From assembly GCA_947478395.1 (NCBI GenBank), contig CANJVR010000002.1, positions 736,001 through 800,000 on the forward strand: 64,000 bases of DNA, read 5' to 3'. Below are positions 20,501 through 30,400 of the stretch, piece after piece. A program made the position numbers and the translations under genes. Below the pieces are notes generated by a model that had not been told where the DNA came from, ran no database searches, and was given only the letters and a program-made list of their open reading frames with translations. Each line of letters begins with the position of its first letter. The stretch's first letter is position 1. This DNA comes from Opitutia bacterium. GTDB lineage: Bacteria > Verrucomicrobiota > Verrucomicrobiia > Opitutales > Opitutaceae.

Positions 20501-20601
20501 GCGAGGGTCGCCGCGTCTACAGGCGCAGCCGTTTGCGCCGCAAGCGGCCAAGCAGCTGCAAGCGCGAATGTGACCAAGATGGTACTTACGTGGTATTTCA
20601 T
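17584..20601 (-). CDS. TonB-dependent outer-membrane receptor with N-terminal EF-hand-like loop
   Basis: Signal peptide; TonB-box-like TLQLSVFEV; plug motifs ISSITKEFMDD and FNTERFDLSMGPNS; beta-barrel FQLNVNNL; terminal Phe. Confidence 0.88.
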   Translation of the reverse strand: MKYHVSTILVTFALAAAWPLAAQTAAPVDAATLARYDKNKNGLLDPEELAAIKSDQDTLQLSVFEVRTDKDIGYQGVDGGMGGRVDLKFKDTASGISSITKEFMDDWAITDMRDAFRYSMSVDPGSFTQNGSPFGDFEFNFRGAGSAGNYPTRNTFLNYSVQDTFNTERFDLSMGPNSTFFGDGQIGGLATSATKTARLNRDSNSGTVRWDSYGGWRFSTDTNKVIFKNFAGRLNLLFQKNANSSTSQWRDGSRSTERALDLATVYKITPTTELAVDVEFDNKRYLNMPTTFSDQIGYFAPGYLFDRLNPNLPANQGLAGVTQVSGNAENWTLIPSTNAFINTGGGTTNVANTRTYRSTGPGIAIQPNGRSDLPGIASTASLPGGKEFNFGPNDTWSRFKEQTYTFNLDHRFSDFVSARLQFYDYNNDRNQLTGTTGSFQYDINKYLPDGTVNPKAGKLYAEMTPGKSYQENYVYEWRGLVSFRTPLPFWNSRFQLSGVVGNRAERFEARGLSPARTDGANQVWTAAENTLRYRYYVEDGLKNGGAGTLPGPKPGFTYNWIQTGFASVEHKDIYYAQIIGALQLLSDRVAITFGARNDDLNDDQYGNIGGFNDVHGLQGYGGFVPGTGTRPGAHNLTKAGALTKNFGAVVWADKGQHVGGFYSYNENFAPPTSGAAKITGYNADGTINGAAFGATRGKGSEFGLRFNFLDGRLSGEARYYKNNQVDQISGPPSGNFTSLWSSSGPTYANDVNYTQMSWRDVAALETSGYEFKAVANLGGLRLQANYALPKTKSIDVRPVTKAYFEAFQAKWSSWATALVNDKGEALTAAEGQNIASQILNIQNNIAGSAPGTTNNGTNKWTGSLAATYQFGRETALRGFSVGYGISGRGQRKVTSTPAAILFGLTAPGARAATPAENQAAAFSYLYQPSYFTQDANMAYRTRFGKYNVRFQLNVNNLTDKSDLIFNNYTTYRVLGQTTNPLLGMFPSSFNYLDPRKVIFTTSVDF

Positions 20602-20602
20602 G

Positions 20603-20644
20603 GGTGATTGGTGATTGGTGATTGGTGATTGGTGATTGGTGATT
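20603..20644. repeat. Heptanucleotide tandem repeat (GGTGATT)6, i.e. (AATCACC)6 directly before the receptor start codon
   Basis: Six exact copies counted in the sequence, ending 1 nt before the ATG on the minus strand. Confidence 0.95.
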
Positions 20645-21117
20645 GGGGTGCCGAAGAATCAATTGCATCGTCCGGTCGCGAATAAGAGGAGGCGGGGTGC
20701 AAAAAGACTGGTCGGAAATGGGGGGGGGGATTGCGGGGTGAGCGGTGTCGAACAGATACGGACGCACCGATGGGCGCTTACTGGACAGACAAGAATGCGG
20801 GTCGCAAAAAAATCCTGAGTCTAACAGTAGTGCATAAACGCAAATGCGCTCGCTGCCCTCCCGACGAGTGGTGCAACGCCGGCCACAGCAGTGCGGCAAT
20901 TATGCGGTCGCTCCCCGATTTTCCCCGCTCCACGTCGCGCGTTTCGGCACCCGATTTTCGTTCGGGCCAAAGCGAGATCCGAAACGCCGATCGGTTGGTC
21001 AACTGTTGTAACAAAATCGCCGTCGATCCTCTCCCGCATCTATTTTACTTCTTTTGGGTCCGGCTAGCCCTCCCACCCCAAAACAACGACCGCGAGACCA
21101 CCTCGGTCCGTCCACTC

Positions 21118-22059
21118 ATGCGCCATCTTCCCCTCGCCCTTGCCTTCTCCCTTGTCGCCGCCGCCAGCGCAGCTGAACCCGCGAAGCCGACAACCGATCT
21201 CTACGAACTCGGCGCCGACTCGAAACCGCAGGCGGGCGTGCCGAAAGGAAAGGTCACCAAATTCACGATCGTCAGCAAAGTCTACGACGGCTTGACGTTC
21301 ACCTATCAGGTTTACGTCCCTGCGCAGTATGACGGCTCGAAATCCGCGTGCGTCTTCATCGGCCAGGACGGCAACAACTTCGTCCGCGAAATCAACGAGC
21401 AGACCAAACAGCCCGGCGCGTGGCAGGTGCCGGTCGTATTCGACAATCTCATCCACAAAAAGGAAATCCCAGTCACAATCGGAATTTTCATCGACCCGAG
21501 TTCGCAGCAGCAGCGCGCGATGGAATACGACACGCTCTCGGATCGTTACGCGCGTTTCGTAATCGAAGAAGTGCTTCCTGCGGTCGCCCAAACGCACAAG
21601 CTTACGAACGATCCCGAAGGCCGTGCCGTCGCCGGGTATTCTTCCGGCGCCATCTGTGCTTTCACGATGGCGTGGGAACGTCCGGATGCCTTTCGCAAGG
21701 TCGCCAGCTTTTTCGGTAGTTTTACTTCGATTGGCTACCGTCCCGCGCAGGGCGAAAAGCCGCTGCAGCCCGGCGGCGATCTCTACCCCACGCTCATCCG
21801 CCGCTCGCCGATCAAACCGCTCACGATTTTCATCCAGGACGGCTCTAACGACCTGAACAACCAATTCGGCAACTGGTATCTCGCCAACCAGCAAATGGTC
21901 TCCGCGTTCGAGTGGGCCAACGCCAACGCGCGCAATACCACCAACCGCTATCGCGTCCAACACGTCTTCGGCGACGGCGGCCACACCGCGAACCACGGCG
22001 CTTCAATCTTTCCCGACGTCATGCGCTTCCTCTTCAAAGGCTACGAACCGAAGGAGTGA
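21118..22059 (+). CDS. Secreted alpha/beta-hydrolase esterase (Fes/enterochelin esterase-like family)
   Basis: Signal peptide MRHLPLALAF; GVPKG, YVPAQY, DNLI..KEIP, R..EYD.LS, GYSSGA nucleophile, C-terminal GGH. Confidence 0.85.
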   Translation: MRHLPLALAFSLVAAASAAEPAKPTTDLYELGADSKPQAGVPKGKVTKFTIVSKVYDGLTFTYQVYVPAQYDGSKSACVFIGQDGNNFVREINEQTKQPGAWQVPVVFDNLIHKKEIPVTIGIFIDPSSQQQRAMEYDTLSDRYARFVIEEVLPAVAQTHKLTNDPEGRAVAGYSSGAICAFTMAWERPDAFRKVASFFGSFTSIGYRPAQGEKPLQPGGDLYPTLIRRSPIKPLTIFIQDGSNDLNNQFGNWYLANQQMVSAFEWANANARNTTNRYRVQHVFGDGGHTANHGASIFPDVMRFLFKGYEPKE

Positions 22060-22082
22060 TCACCCGTAATTGAAACGCACCC

Positions 22083-24950
22083 ATGAATCCTAGCATGATC
22101 GCCCCCGCCCGCCTTTTCCGTCTCTTCACCGCCGCCGCCGGCTTGCTCCTTTCAGGCACCCAGGCCCACGCGGCGGAGGCCGCGCCCGCGACGCCCGCTT
22201 CGGCTGAAGGCGAGGCCGCGCCTTCCGTTCCTCATCCGTCCTATCTCTCGCCGGCTGAAAGCGCCGGGCTTGTTCAGCTCCCGCCCGGCTACCACTTGGA
22301 GCTCGTCTTGAGCGAACCCGACATCCGCGAGCCCGTCGTCAGCGTTTTCGATGGCAACGGTCGCCTCTACGTCGCGGAGATGCGTTCCTACATGCAAGAC
22401 GCCGACGCCACCAACGAGAAAGCGCGCACAAGCCGGGTATCGCTGCACTGGTCATCCAAGGGCGACGGTCACTACGACAAGCATTCCGTGTTCGTCGACA
22501 ACCTGCTGCTCCCGCGTATGATTCTGCCGCTGAAAGACAGCGTCCTGATCCAGGAAACCGATACAGGGGACGTCTACGAATATCGCGACACGAATAACGA
22601 CGGCGTCTCCGACGAGAAGAAACTTTTCTTCAGCTTTGAACCCCGCTCCGGCCAAAACCTCGAACACCAGCCCAGCGGTTTGATTTGGGCGCAGGACAAC
22701 TGGATTTATTCAACCTACAACGCCCTCCGCATTCGCTGGACTCCGAACGGCGTCGTGAAGGAACCCACCGCACCCAACGGCGGCCAGTGGGGCCTCGCGC
22801 AGGACAACTACGGCAAGACCTTTGTCGTCAATGCCGGTAACGAAAACGGCCCGAGTAATTTTCAACAGCCGATCGTCTACGGCGCATTTAAAATGCGCGA
22901 CGAGATTTCGCCCGACTTCCGGGAAGTTTTCCCGCTCGTCGGCCTCGCCGACGTGCAGGGCGGCACGCTGCGTTTCCGCCCCGTCGAGAAAACCCTCAAT
23001 CACACCACCTCCTCCGCCGGCGTCGAAATCTATCGCGGCGATCGCCTGCCCGCCGATCTGGCCGGAGATATGTTGTTTGGCGAGCCAGTCGGCCGGCTCA
23101 TCCGCCGCGCGAAAATCGAGGTAAAGGATGGCGTCACCAAGCTCCGCAACGCCTACGAAAAGAGCGAATTCATCCGCTCCTCCGATCCCTTTTTCCGCCC
23201 CGTGAATCTCCTCACCGGCCCCGATGGCACGATCTACATCACCGACATGTATCGTGGTATCATCCAAGAGGGAAACTGGACCCGCAAAGGCGCCTATCTC
23301 CGCACCGTTATCGACCAATACGGCATGGCCGAAAAAATCGGCGGCGGCCGCATCTGGCGCCTCGTCTACGATGGCATGGCCCCCGGCCCCCAGCCGCACA
23401 TGCTCGATGAGAAACCGGCTCAGCTTGTCGCCCACCTCAGCCACCCTAACGGCTGGTGGCGCGATACCGCACAGAAGCTCCTTATTCTCCAACAGGACAA
23501 GTCCGTCGTGCCCGCTTTGACCGCTCTGGCGCGTACGTCCGCCAATCCCCTCGCCCGCATTCACGCGCTCTGGACCCTCGAGGGTCTCGACGCACTCGAC
23601 GCTCCGCTCCTGCGCGAAAAAATGAAGGACTCGGATCCTCATGTACGCGTCGCCGCCATCCGCGCGAGCGAGACGCTGCTCAAGCAAGGCAACGATTCGC
23701 TGAAGGCCGACGTGCTGGCGCAGTGCAAAGATTCCGATCCCAACGTGGCCATCCAAGGCATGCTAACCAGCGATCTGCTGAAATGGCCGGAGGCAAAAAC
23801 GCTCATCCCAAAAGCCGCGATTTCCAACCCGGTCGCCGGCGTAAAGGAAATCGCCTCGCAATTGCTCAACCCCATCGGCGGCTCGATCGGCGCGCAATTC
23901 ACCGGCCCACAGCGCGTCCTGCTTGAGCGCGGCCAGCAGATTTTTCTCGAACTTTGTTTCGCGTGCCACGGTCTCGACGGCAAAGGCACGCCCATCGACG
24001 GCAAGGCCGCCACGCTCGCGCCCCCGCTCGCCGGCTCCGACACCGCGATGCTCCATCGCGACGCGATCATCAACACACTGCTCCACGGTATCGCCGGCCC
24101 CATCAAAGGAGCCGCCTACGAGGCCCAAATGGCCCCCATGGGCGCCAACGATGATACATGGATCGCGTCCGTAGCTTCCTACGTTCGCACCAGCTTCGGC
24201 AATCAAGCGCTGCCGGTAACAACGCAGGATGTCGTTCGGGTCCGGGCCGCGAACCCCAATCGCAAAGACGCATGGACGATTGCCGACCTTCAACAGCGCG
24301 TGCCCCAGCCGCTCGCCAATCAGGCCGCATGGAAGTTGACCTCGAATCGCGCGGTCACGACCGGCTCCGAACCGACCGTGGGCAATGTCGCACTGAGCTT
24401 CACCGTCCCCGCGGCGCAAATGATGGGAGCGTGGTTGCAAATTGAACTGCCGGAAAAGACCTCGCTCACCGAGGTGCGGATCAACTCGGTGAAGTCGCCC
24501 CGCAATTATATGCGCGGCTACAAAGTCGAGTTGTCGTCGGACGGCGAAGCGTGGGGCGAACCCGTCGCCACCGGCCGCGGCACTGGCCCGATCATCGAGG
24601 CTTCGTTCACGCCAACCGAGGCGAAATTTATCCGCATCACCCAGACGCAGGCCGCGGTCCAATTCGGGCGCGGCGGCGGCGCTCGCGGGGCGCCCACGGA
24701 TGGCAGTGCTGCTGCCGCTCCAGGTGCCACTTCTAATCCTCCAGCGGCGGTTGGACCCGTCGGTGGCACCGCCCAAACTCCCGCACCCACTGGCGCAATC
24801 GCCGCGGGCGCCGATGCGCCACGGGGTGGTGGCGGTGGGGGCGTTCCATTCGGCGGCGGAGGTCCCGGCGGAGCGGCACCCGCGTGGACGGTGGACGACG
24901 TGATCCTCTTCCGCGCCACCGCACCGATCTCACTCTCCTCGGTGCCTTAA
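22083..24950 (+). CDS. PVC-type putative dehydrogenase: beta-propeller, HEAT repeats, cytochrome c (CFACH) and F5/8 type C domain
   Basis: Signal peptide; LPPGYHLELVLSEP, FDGNGRLYVAEM, FRPVNLLTGPDG.IYITDMYR; HEAT-like WWRDTAQ..HALWTLEGL; CxxCH at 23955-23969; discoidin-like WLQIEL..YKVELSSDG..W..KFIRIT. Confidence 0.85.
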   Translation: MNPSMIAPARLFRLFTAAAGLLLSGTQAHAAEAAPATPASAEGEAAPSVPHPSYLSPAESAGLVQLPPGYHLELVLSEPDIREPVVSVFDGNGRLYVAEMRSYMQDADATNEKARTSRVSLHWSSKGDGHYDKHSVFVDNLLLPRMILPLKDSVLIQETDTGDVYEYRDTNNDGVSDEKKLFFSFEPRSGQNLEHQPSGLIWAQDNWIYSTYNALRIRWTPNGVVKEPTAPNGGQWGLAQDNYGKTFVVNAGNENGPSNFQQPIVYGAFKMRDEISPDFREVFPLVGLADVQGGTLRFRPVEKTLNHTTSSAGVEIYRGDRLPADLAGDMLFGEPVGRLIRRAKIEVKDGVTKLRNAYEKSEFIRSSDPFFRPVNLLTGPDGTIYITDMYRGIIQEGNWTRKGAYLRTVIDQYGMAEKIGGGRIWRLVYDGMAPGPQPHMLDEKPAQLVAHLSHPNGWWRDTAQKLLILQQDKSVVPALTALARTSANPLARIHALWTLEGLDALDAPLLREKMKDSDPHVRVAAIRASETLLKQGNDSLKADVLAQCKDSDPNVAIQGMLTSDLLKWPEAKTLIPKAAISNPVAGVKEIASQLLNPIGGSIGAQFTGPQRVLLERGQQIFLELCFACHGLDGKGTPIDGKAATLAPPLAGSDTAMLHRDAIINTLLHGIAGPIKGAAYEAQMAPMGANDDTWIASVASYVRTSFGNQALPVTTQDVVRVRAANPNRKDAWTIADLQQRVPQPLANQAAWKLTSNRAVTTGSEPTVGNVALSFTVPAAQMMGAWLQIELPEKTSLTEVRINSVKSPRNYMRGYKVELSSDGEAWGEPVATGRGTGPIIEASFTPTEAKFIRITQTQAAVQFGRGGGARGAPTDGSAAAAPGATSNPPAAVGPVGGTAQTPAPTGAIAAGADAPRGGGGGGVPFGGGGPGGAAPAWTVDDVILFRATAPISLSSVP

Positions 24951-24980
24951 CGGGCGAAGCGCCCGACGATGCCTCAAAAC

Positions 24981-25010
24981 AAAAAGCGCGGCGCGACCTG
25001 CGCTTTTTTT
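24981..25010. terminator. Bidirectional terminator between convergent genes
   Basis: AAAAAGCGCGG-cgcgac-CTGCGCTTTTTTT, with A and T runs on either side. Confidence 0.75.
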
Positions 25011-25029
25011 GTACAATTTCGCAACCCAA

Positions 25030-27201
25030 TCAGCGTGGCTTCGCAGCGGCGTCGGGTTGACCCGCGACGAAGCCGCTGACCTTGAGCCACCGCACCATCA
25101 GATCCGGCCACTGGCCGAGTTGAGGGTCGCCGAGCGACATGCTCGTGCCGTGCGGACCGACTTGATAAAAATGAGCTTCGACGGGCACGCCGGCCGCGCG
25201 GACTGCGTTCATCACGGAAACCTCCACGTTCATATGCGAGGCATCCTCGATCGTATTAAATAAAAATGTCGGCGGCGCTTCGGCCGGATGCTGCAAATTG
25301 CGGCCCCCGTAGATGAGCGCGCTGAAATTCGCCCGCGCCGAAACGCGATCGATCGGATCGGCGGCACTGGGATCGGCGGCCCCGATGTTATTGTAGAACG
25401 CGTCTCCCTCGAGCTCCGCACCAGCGGAAAAGCCGATGATGCCGATGCGGTCCGGCGTGATGCCATACTCGGCCGCATGAGCGCGAATGTAGCGCATCCC
25501 ACGCTGGCCATCCATCGTGGAGATATTGCGCGCGGGATAATTGGGCCCGATCCGGTAGCGCAAAACGAAGCCGCCGATCCCATGCTGGTTCAGAAATTTA
25601 GCGATCTGCACACCTTCGTTGTCCATCCCGCGGTTCGTGAATGCGCCACCGGGGATAACAAGAAAGGCGAGCCCGGTGTTATGGCTGGCGGGCGCGGGAA
25701 ACGCGTAGAGGGCGGGCTTGTCCTCGTCGGTGAACCCGCCGTTGGCGTCGGGGAGCGCACCCGGCGCGCCGTTGGGCCAGAGGAGAATCGGCGCTGGAAT
25801 CCCGGCTATCGGTGCGGCGCCGGCCTGCTTGATCTGCTCGACGTAGGCAACTTGGCCCGGGTTTTTAGGACCGCCGAGGATTCCGCCGACCGCTTCCGCG
25901 TCATTCGCCGGCGGAAGGACCACGGCATTCGCCGCGCTGAAGACCTCAATTTTCAAATCCATGTTGGCGTCCGCGCCGGGTTTGATTTCGACGATGTAGT
26001 CGTCCGTGTCGGTCGGGTGAACTTTGGTAAAGGACCGTTGGTCGTCGATGCTCGGCGCCAGCACGCGATGATGGCCAAAATAAGCCTGCTCGGGGGTCGG
26101 CATACCGCGGGCATTGACGAGATCGCCGCTGAACGAGTTGCTCAGCCAGCGGTTCATGTTCTGCCGCACGTCGACCTTGTAGCGACCAGCAACAGGACCT
26201 TGACCAGCCGGAAGCGAGAATTGGCCAATCGCGATACCCGCCGTGGAGTTAATCACGCGGCCCACTACCGGACCGGCGCCGACAGAATCAACCGGCGTGA
26301 AAATCACATAACCATGCGGCAGCGGCCGGCCGTCAAGGTAAGCCATGCCCTTGATCGGCAGGCGCGGCGCAGCGGTGAGAAATCCACCAAACCGCGCCCA
26401 CGTGTAAAACATTTCAGGCCAAGTCCCGAGTGAGAGATTGTCCAACGCGAGGCCGGCCTGGGCATCCGCTTTCGCGAAAAAGTGGGCATCGACCGAAGCG
26501 CGCGCGGCGCGAAGTTTGGTCCAGAGATCGATCATGCCCGTCAGGTTGCCACCGGAGTTCGTGGAACCGACGAGGAAGGTCGGAGGCACCAGCGGCGTGA
26601 CGGCAACGGGAAGCGCAGAGCCCCAAACGAGCGCCAGAAAATCAGGGCGACTTGAAACTTTATCCACCGGATCGCTCGCGTCCGCCTTGGCCTCGACTTG
26701 ATGGTTGAAAGCGGCGTCGGCCTGCACCTCCGCGCCATTGGCGAAGCCGAGGGCCGCGATGCGATCGGGGGCGATCTTGAAGTCCGCGGCATGAGCGCGG
26801 AGATATTGAACCGCGCGATTTACGTCGGTAATCGCGGCGGATCGATCGTAAGGCTGGATGCGATACCGGAGCACAAATCCGGCGATGCCGCGATCGTTGA
26901 GCCATTTCGCCAGCGGTACGCCCTCAGCGTCGATGCGGCGCGAAGTGAAGCCGCCACCAGAGACGATCAGCACGGCGGCGCCGGTGTTTTTGACCGCGGC
27001 CGGCAGAAACGGATAGACCGCAGGTTGGTCATTATCGGATGAGCCCCTGGCGTCGGGCGCACCCGCGGGCCACAAGAGCACCGGAGCCGGCAGCGCGGGC
27101 GATGATGCGGCCGAGGCGGTCGGCAACATCGCAAATGGGCTGCTGATCGCGATGGCCAAAGCCATCAGACGGATACTTGGGGAGTCGTGACGGGATATCA
27201 T
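25030..27201 (-). CDS. Secreted tandem alpha/beta-hydrolase (xylan/feruloyl esterase-like) with central Ig-like domain
   Basis: Two homologous domains (LLWP.GAP.A, PGG.F, G..GFVLRYR, PDRI..GFxxG, DP.D.VS.R); nucleophile elbow GFANG in domain 1 and GFSAG in domain 2. Confidence 0.82.
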   Translation of the reverse strand: MISRHDSPSIRLMALAIAISSPFAMLPTASAASSPALPAPVLLWPAGAPDARGSSDNDQPAVYPFLPAAVKNTGAAVLIVSGGGFTSRRIDAEGVPLAKWLNDRGIAGFVLRYRIQPYDRSAAITDVNRAVQYLRAHAADFKIAPDRIAALGFANGAEVQADAAFNHQVEAKADASDPVDKVSSRPDFLALVWGSALPVAVTPLVPPTFLVGSTNSGGNLTGMIDLWTKLRAARASVDAHFFAKADAQAGLALDNLSLGTWPEMFYTWARFGGFLTAAPRLPIKGMAYLDGRPLPHGYVIFTPVDSVGAGPVVGRVINSTAGIAIGQFSLPAGQGPVAGRYKVDVRQNMNRWLSNSFSGDLVNARGMPTPEQAYFGHHRVLAPSIDDQRSFTKVHPTDTDDYIVEIKPGADANMDLKIEVFSAANAVVLPPANDAEAVGGILGGPKNPGQVAYVEQIKQAGAAPIAGIPAPILLWPNGAPGALPDANGGFTDEDKPALYAFPAPASHNTGLAFLVIPGGAFTNRGMDNEGVQIAKFLNQHGIGGFVLRYRIGPNYPARNISTMDGQRGMRYIRAHAAEYGITPDRIGIIGFSAGAELEGDAFYNNIGAADPSAADPIDRVSARANFSALIYGGRNLQHPAEAPPTFLFNTIEDASHMNVEVSVMNAVRAAGVPVEAHFYQVGPHGTSMSLGDPQLGQWPDLMVRWLKVSGFVAGQPDAAAKPR

Positions 27202-27370
27202 ATCGGCAAGGGGTTTTGATCGTGGGCCAACGAGGCGCAGCCCGAGGTTTGGGATGAATTACAAAACTTATCAAGCGACGCGGAGCGTTTAGCCCGGTCC
27301 ATGTCTCGCGTTGATTGATCTGGGTTTTTCAGCGCACCCGTTCCGGTGACAGCCGGCGTCCCGCCAAAAC

Positions 27371-27402
27371 AAAAAAGAGCCCGGCGGGATGCGCCGGGCT
27401 CT
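27371..27402 (-). terminator. Rho-independent terminator of the second TonB-dependent receptor
   Basis: AGAGCCCGGCG-ggatg-CGCCGGGCTCT preceded by an A run. Confidence 0.85.
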
Positions 27403-27431
27403 GGATAAAAAACGACTGACCCGATCTTGGG

Positions 27432-30400
27432 TTAGAAGTTGACGGTGGTCGTGAACGTAAACTTGCGCGGATCAGGGTTAACGAAGCTAGCCAGGATCTG
27501 GCTGCGCGCGTTGCCCGCGAACAAGGCATTCTGCGTGAGCGTTAGGTAAGCGTTGCCCGTGTTACCAGAGGGGCCGGAACGGCCCCAGATTGGATCCCGA
27601 CTATCCAGCACGTTCGTGACGTTGAGCTGGAAACGGTACTGGTACTTGCCAATGCGCGTCGTGTAGTTCGCTCCGGCCACGACCCCGGACTTCCAGTTGG
27701 GTGGAACCCACAGGTAGTCGTAGGCCGCCGCGGTGTTTTGCGCAACCGTGGGCGTGGTCGTATTGAACTTCAGTTGGGGATCGAGGCTGCCGCTCTTCTG
27801 GTGGCTGCGATACTGGACGCCCCCGTTCAAGGCCAAGCCCTTGAGCGGCCCGCCGGAGAACCGATACCGGCCCGTGACGTTGATGCGGTGGGTGGTGGTA
27901 CCGTTGTCCAGCGTTCCCGTCGTCAGACCTAGGAGGCTGTTATCGATGCTCGTAAGAGCGGTGGCGATTGTACCCGGATCGAGGATCGTGCGACCGTTCA
28001 GGCTGCTGCCGGCAGCAGCCTTGGCACCGGCTTCCCACTCGGCGCGATTCTTGGCGACGTACGCTTTACGCGCTTCACTTTCGCTGAGGACGTAAGTGAG
28101 CGGATGGCTGTAGTTGATCGACAGGGTGATCTCACGAGTCGGGTTCGCCGTCAGTTCGGCTTCCCAACCCTCGAGTCGGCGTGAACTGGGGTCCGAATAC
28201 GCGAATCCGGAGCCCGTAGTCGTTGTGATCAGCTTGGGATCGGTGTAACCGAGATTGAGCCAGATGTTGGCGATGTCGCCAGCGCTACCGAAGCCAGAGG
28301 CAATGTCGCGCTGCGTCGTCTTATAGTGAGACACGGTCAAATAGGCGACCCCGTTTGGAACGGAGTAGCGGAGGCCGTAGTCCTTGGTCTCGGAGCGCGT
28401 CAGCGGAGGTTCCGCGCCGCTGAGGAGCGGGTTCAGAGCGCCACTGTTGGGAACTTGAGTGTTTTCTGCGATATTCACCACGAAGCCGAGCGGGGACAGA
28501 AGCGTCTTCATGAGGCCTCCGCTCTGGAATTGGAACGGATAGGTGACCAAACCGTAGGCGACCGAGGTCGGATCGGCCTTTCGAGTCAGCGCTTTGCCGG
28601 CAATACCGTCCGTGCCGAGCACGTTCGTGTAGGTGGCTGTATTTGCCAGAGTGAGCGCCGCAATACGTGATCGGTTCGCCACGCTGCTTTGGGTTTTGCT
28701 GAAGCTGCCGGTCAGCACGAGCTTCTCGTTGAAGAAGGCGCTTTGACTGGTCACCGAGGCTTGCTTGATGGTGCGCTCAGTGATCGCGCCGCCGGTGTCT
28801 ACGTATTTCCAGGTGCCTGTTGATACCACCTTGTTGGGGTCGGTCAGGAGTTTAGATAGAGCGGGACGGGGATCGTTCCAATAGACGCGGTAAAAAAACT
28901 TATTCGCATTGTTGAAAGGATCGATGCTCGTAACCCCGCTCGTAGTCGTCGGGTTGTCGACCCGACGCCAAGCGCTGGTGCGATTTTCACCGACCCTCTT
29001 GTTACTGCTGACGTTGACACTAACCTGCTGCTTATAGTCCCACCAGCGCGGGACAAAGAATCGATAGCTGGCCAAACCGTTGATCTCCTTGGTCGCGTCC
29101 TCGCTGTAGAGATTGTTCTGCTCAACGTCGGTAAAGGGCTGGAGAAACCGGGGATTAAGCTGTCCGTCCGGCAGCAGCTTGTTGACATCAAGGATTAAGG
29201 CGTTGGCGCTGAGATTCGACCAAATGGTATTGTTGTCGAAGTTGTTGGTCGAAACGCCCATACGGAGGAAAAGATTGCCGACGCGGTGCTCGAGATTGAT
29301 TGAACCGGTATCGGTGTCACGCGCGGCGACGTTGTCCTTCGGCGCGGCTTTGAATCGCGGGTCGATATTCCGGATTGACGCCCGGCGCGCCGGCACGGCG
29401 AGAAGGTAGGGATTTCCGACGTAGGGGATACGCATGGCGTTGCCGCTGTAGATCAAGCCGCGGGTGCGGTATTGATTGCCGCCATAATCCATCATACTGT
29501 TTGTCGCAAAATTGTAGACGAACATATTGGGCGCGCTGCCGTTGGCTCCCACCGTCAGACGCTCAAGGCCCTGAGCGTTGAGCAGGGTGGCGTTGTTGGT
29601 CAGCAGCGCCGAATTATCGTTGTTGATGGTGGCACCGTCCCAGAGGTTTTGGGTGTCGCCATTGGTAATCGACCAAAGCGAATTCCACTCGTTGGCCCGC
29701 TCGTACTCGAAGGTAATCTGGGTGTTCTTGGTCAATTTCCCGACAACATTCATCGTCCACGCTTTCTTGATTTTGTCCGTGCCGGATTGAAAGCCGGGAG
29801 CATTTTGATAGAGGGCGTTGAAACGCAGGCCAACGCGGTCCCAGCCCTTAGAGTAATCGAAGGTTCCACGGTAGCCATTCCACGAGTCCACTTGGGTGGT
29901 CACATTTGTCTGCGTCCGATTGAAGGTCGCCTTCTTGCTCGAACTTCCTTGCCGCCCGCCGGGACCACCGTCGCCGAACATCGAGGTATCCGGGCCACGT
30001 TGGAATTCGAAGCGCTCGGTGTTGTAACTGTCCGCCGCACCGAAGTTGACCGCGCCGTTGCGAGTCGGGAAGTTGTCGGCGGGAGACGCACCGCGCACGA
30101 TGTTTTGGTACACACTCGTCGAAGACGGATCGGAATTCGGTACGGAAACACCAAGGTCGAATCCGATGCTGAAACCACCCGCCTGGTTCATGTCGGTGAT
30201 GTTGAAGTCGTCCATGAACTCCTTCGTCATAACCGAAATAGAGCCTGGAGTAGTCGCGAGCGGTGTATCGACGCGTCCACCGGAGAGGGTGTTACCCGCA
30301 GCGTAGCCTACGTCCTTGTCGGTACTCACCTGAAAGGGAGTGAGGACGATCGTCTCACTTGCCTTCGATGGGGTAGGCGCCGCGGTCGCAGCATTTGGCT

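Noticed and set aside
20603..20644. Tandem repeat or REP clusters as a CRISPR array
   Set aside because: No repeat-spacer periodicity with unique spacers and no cas genes.
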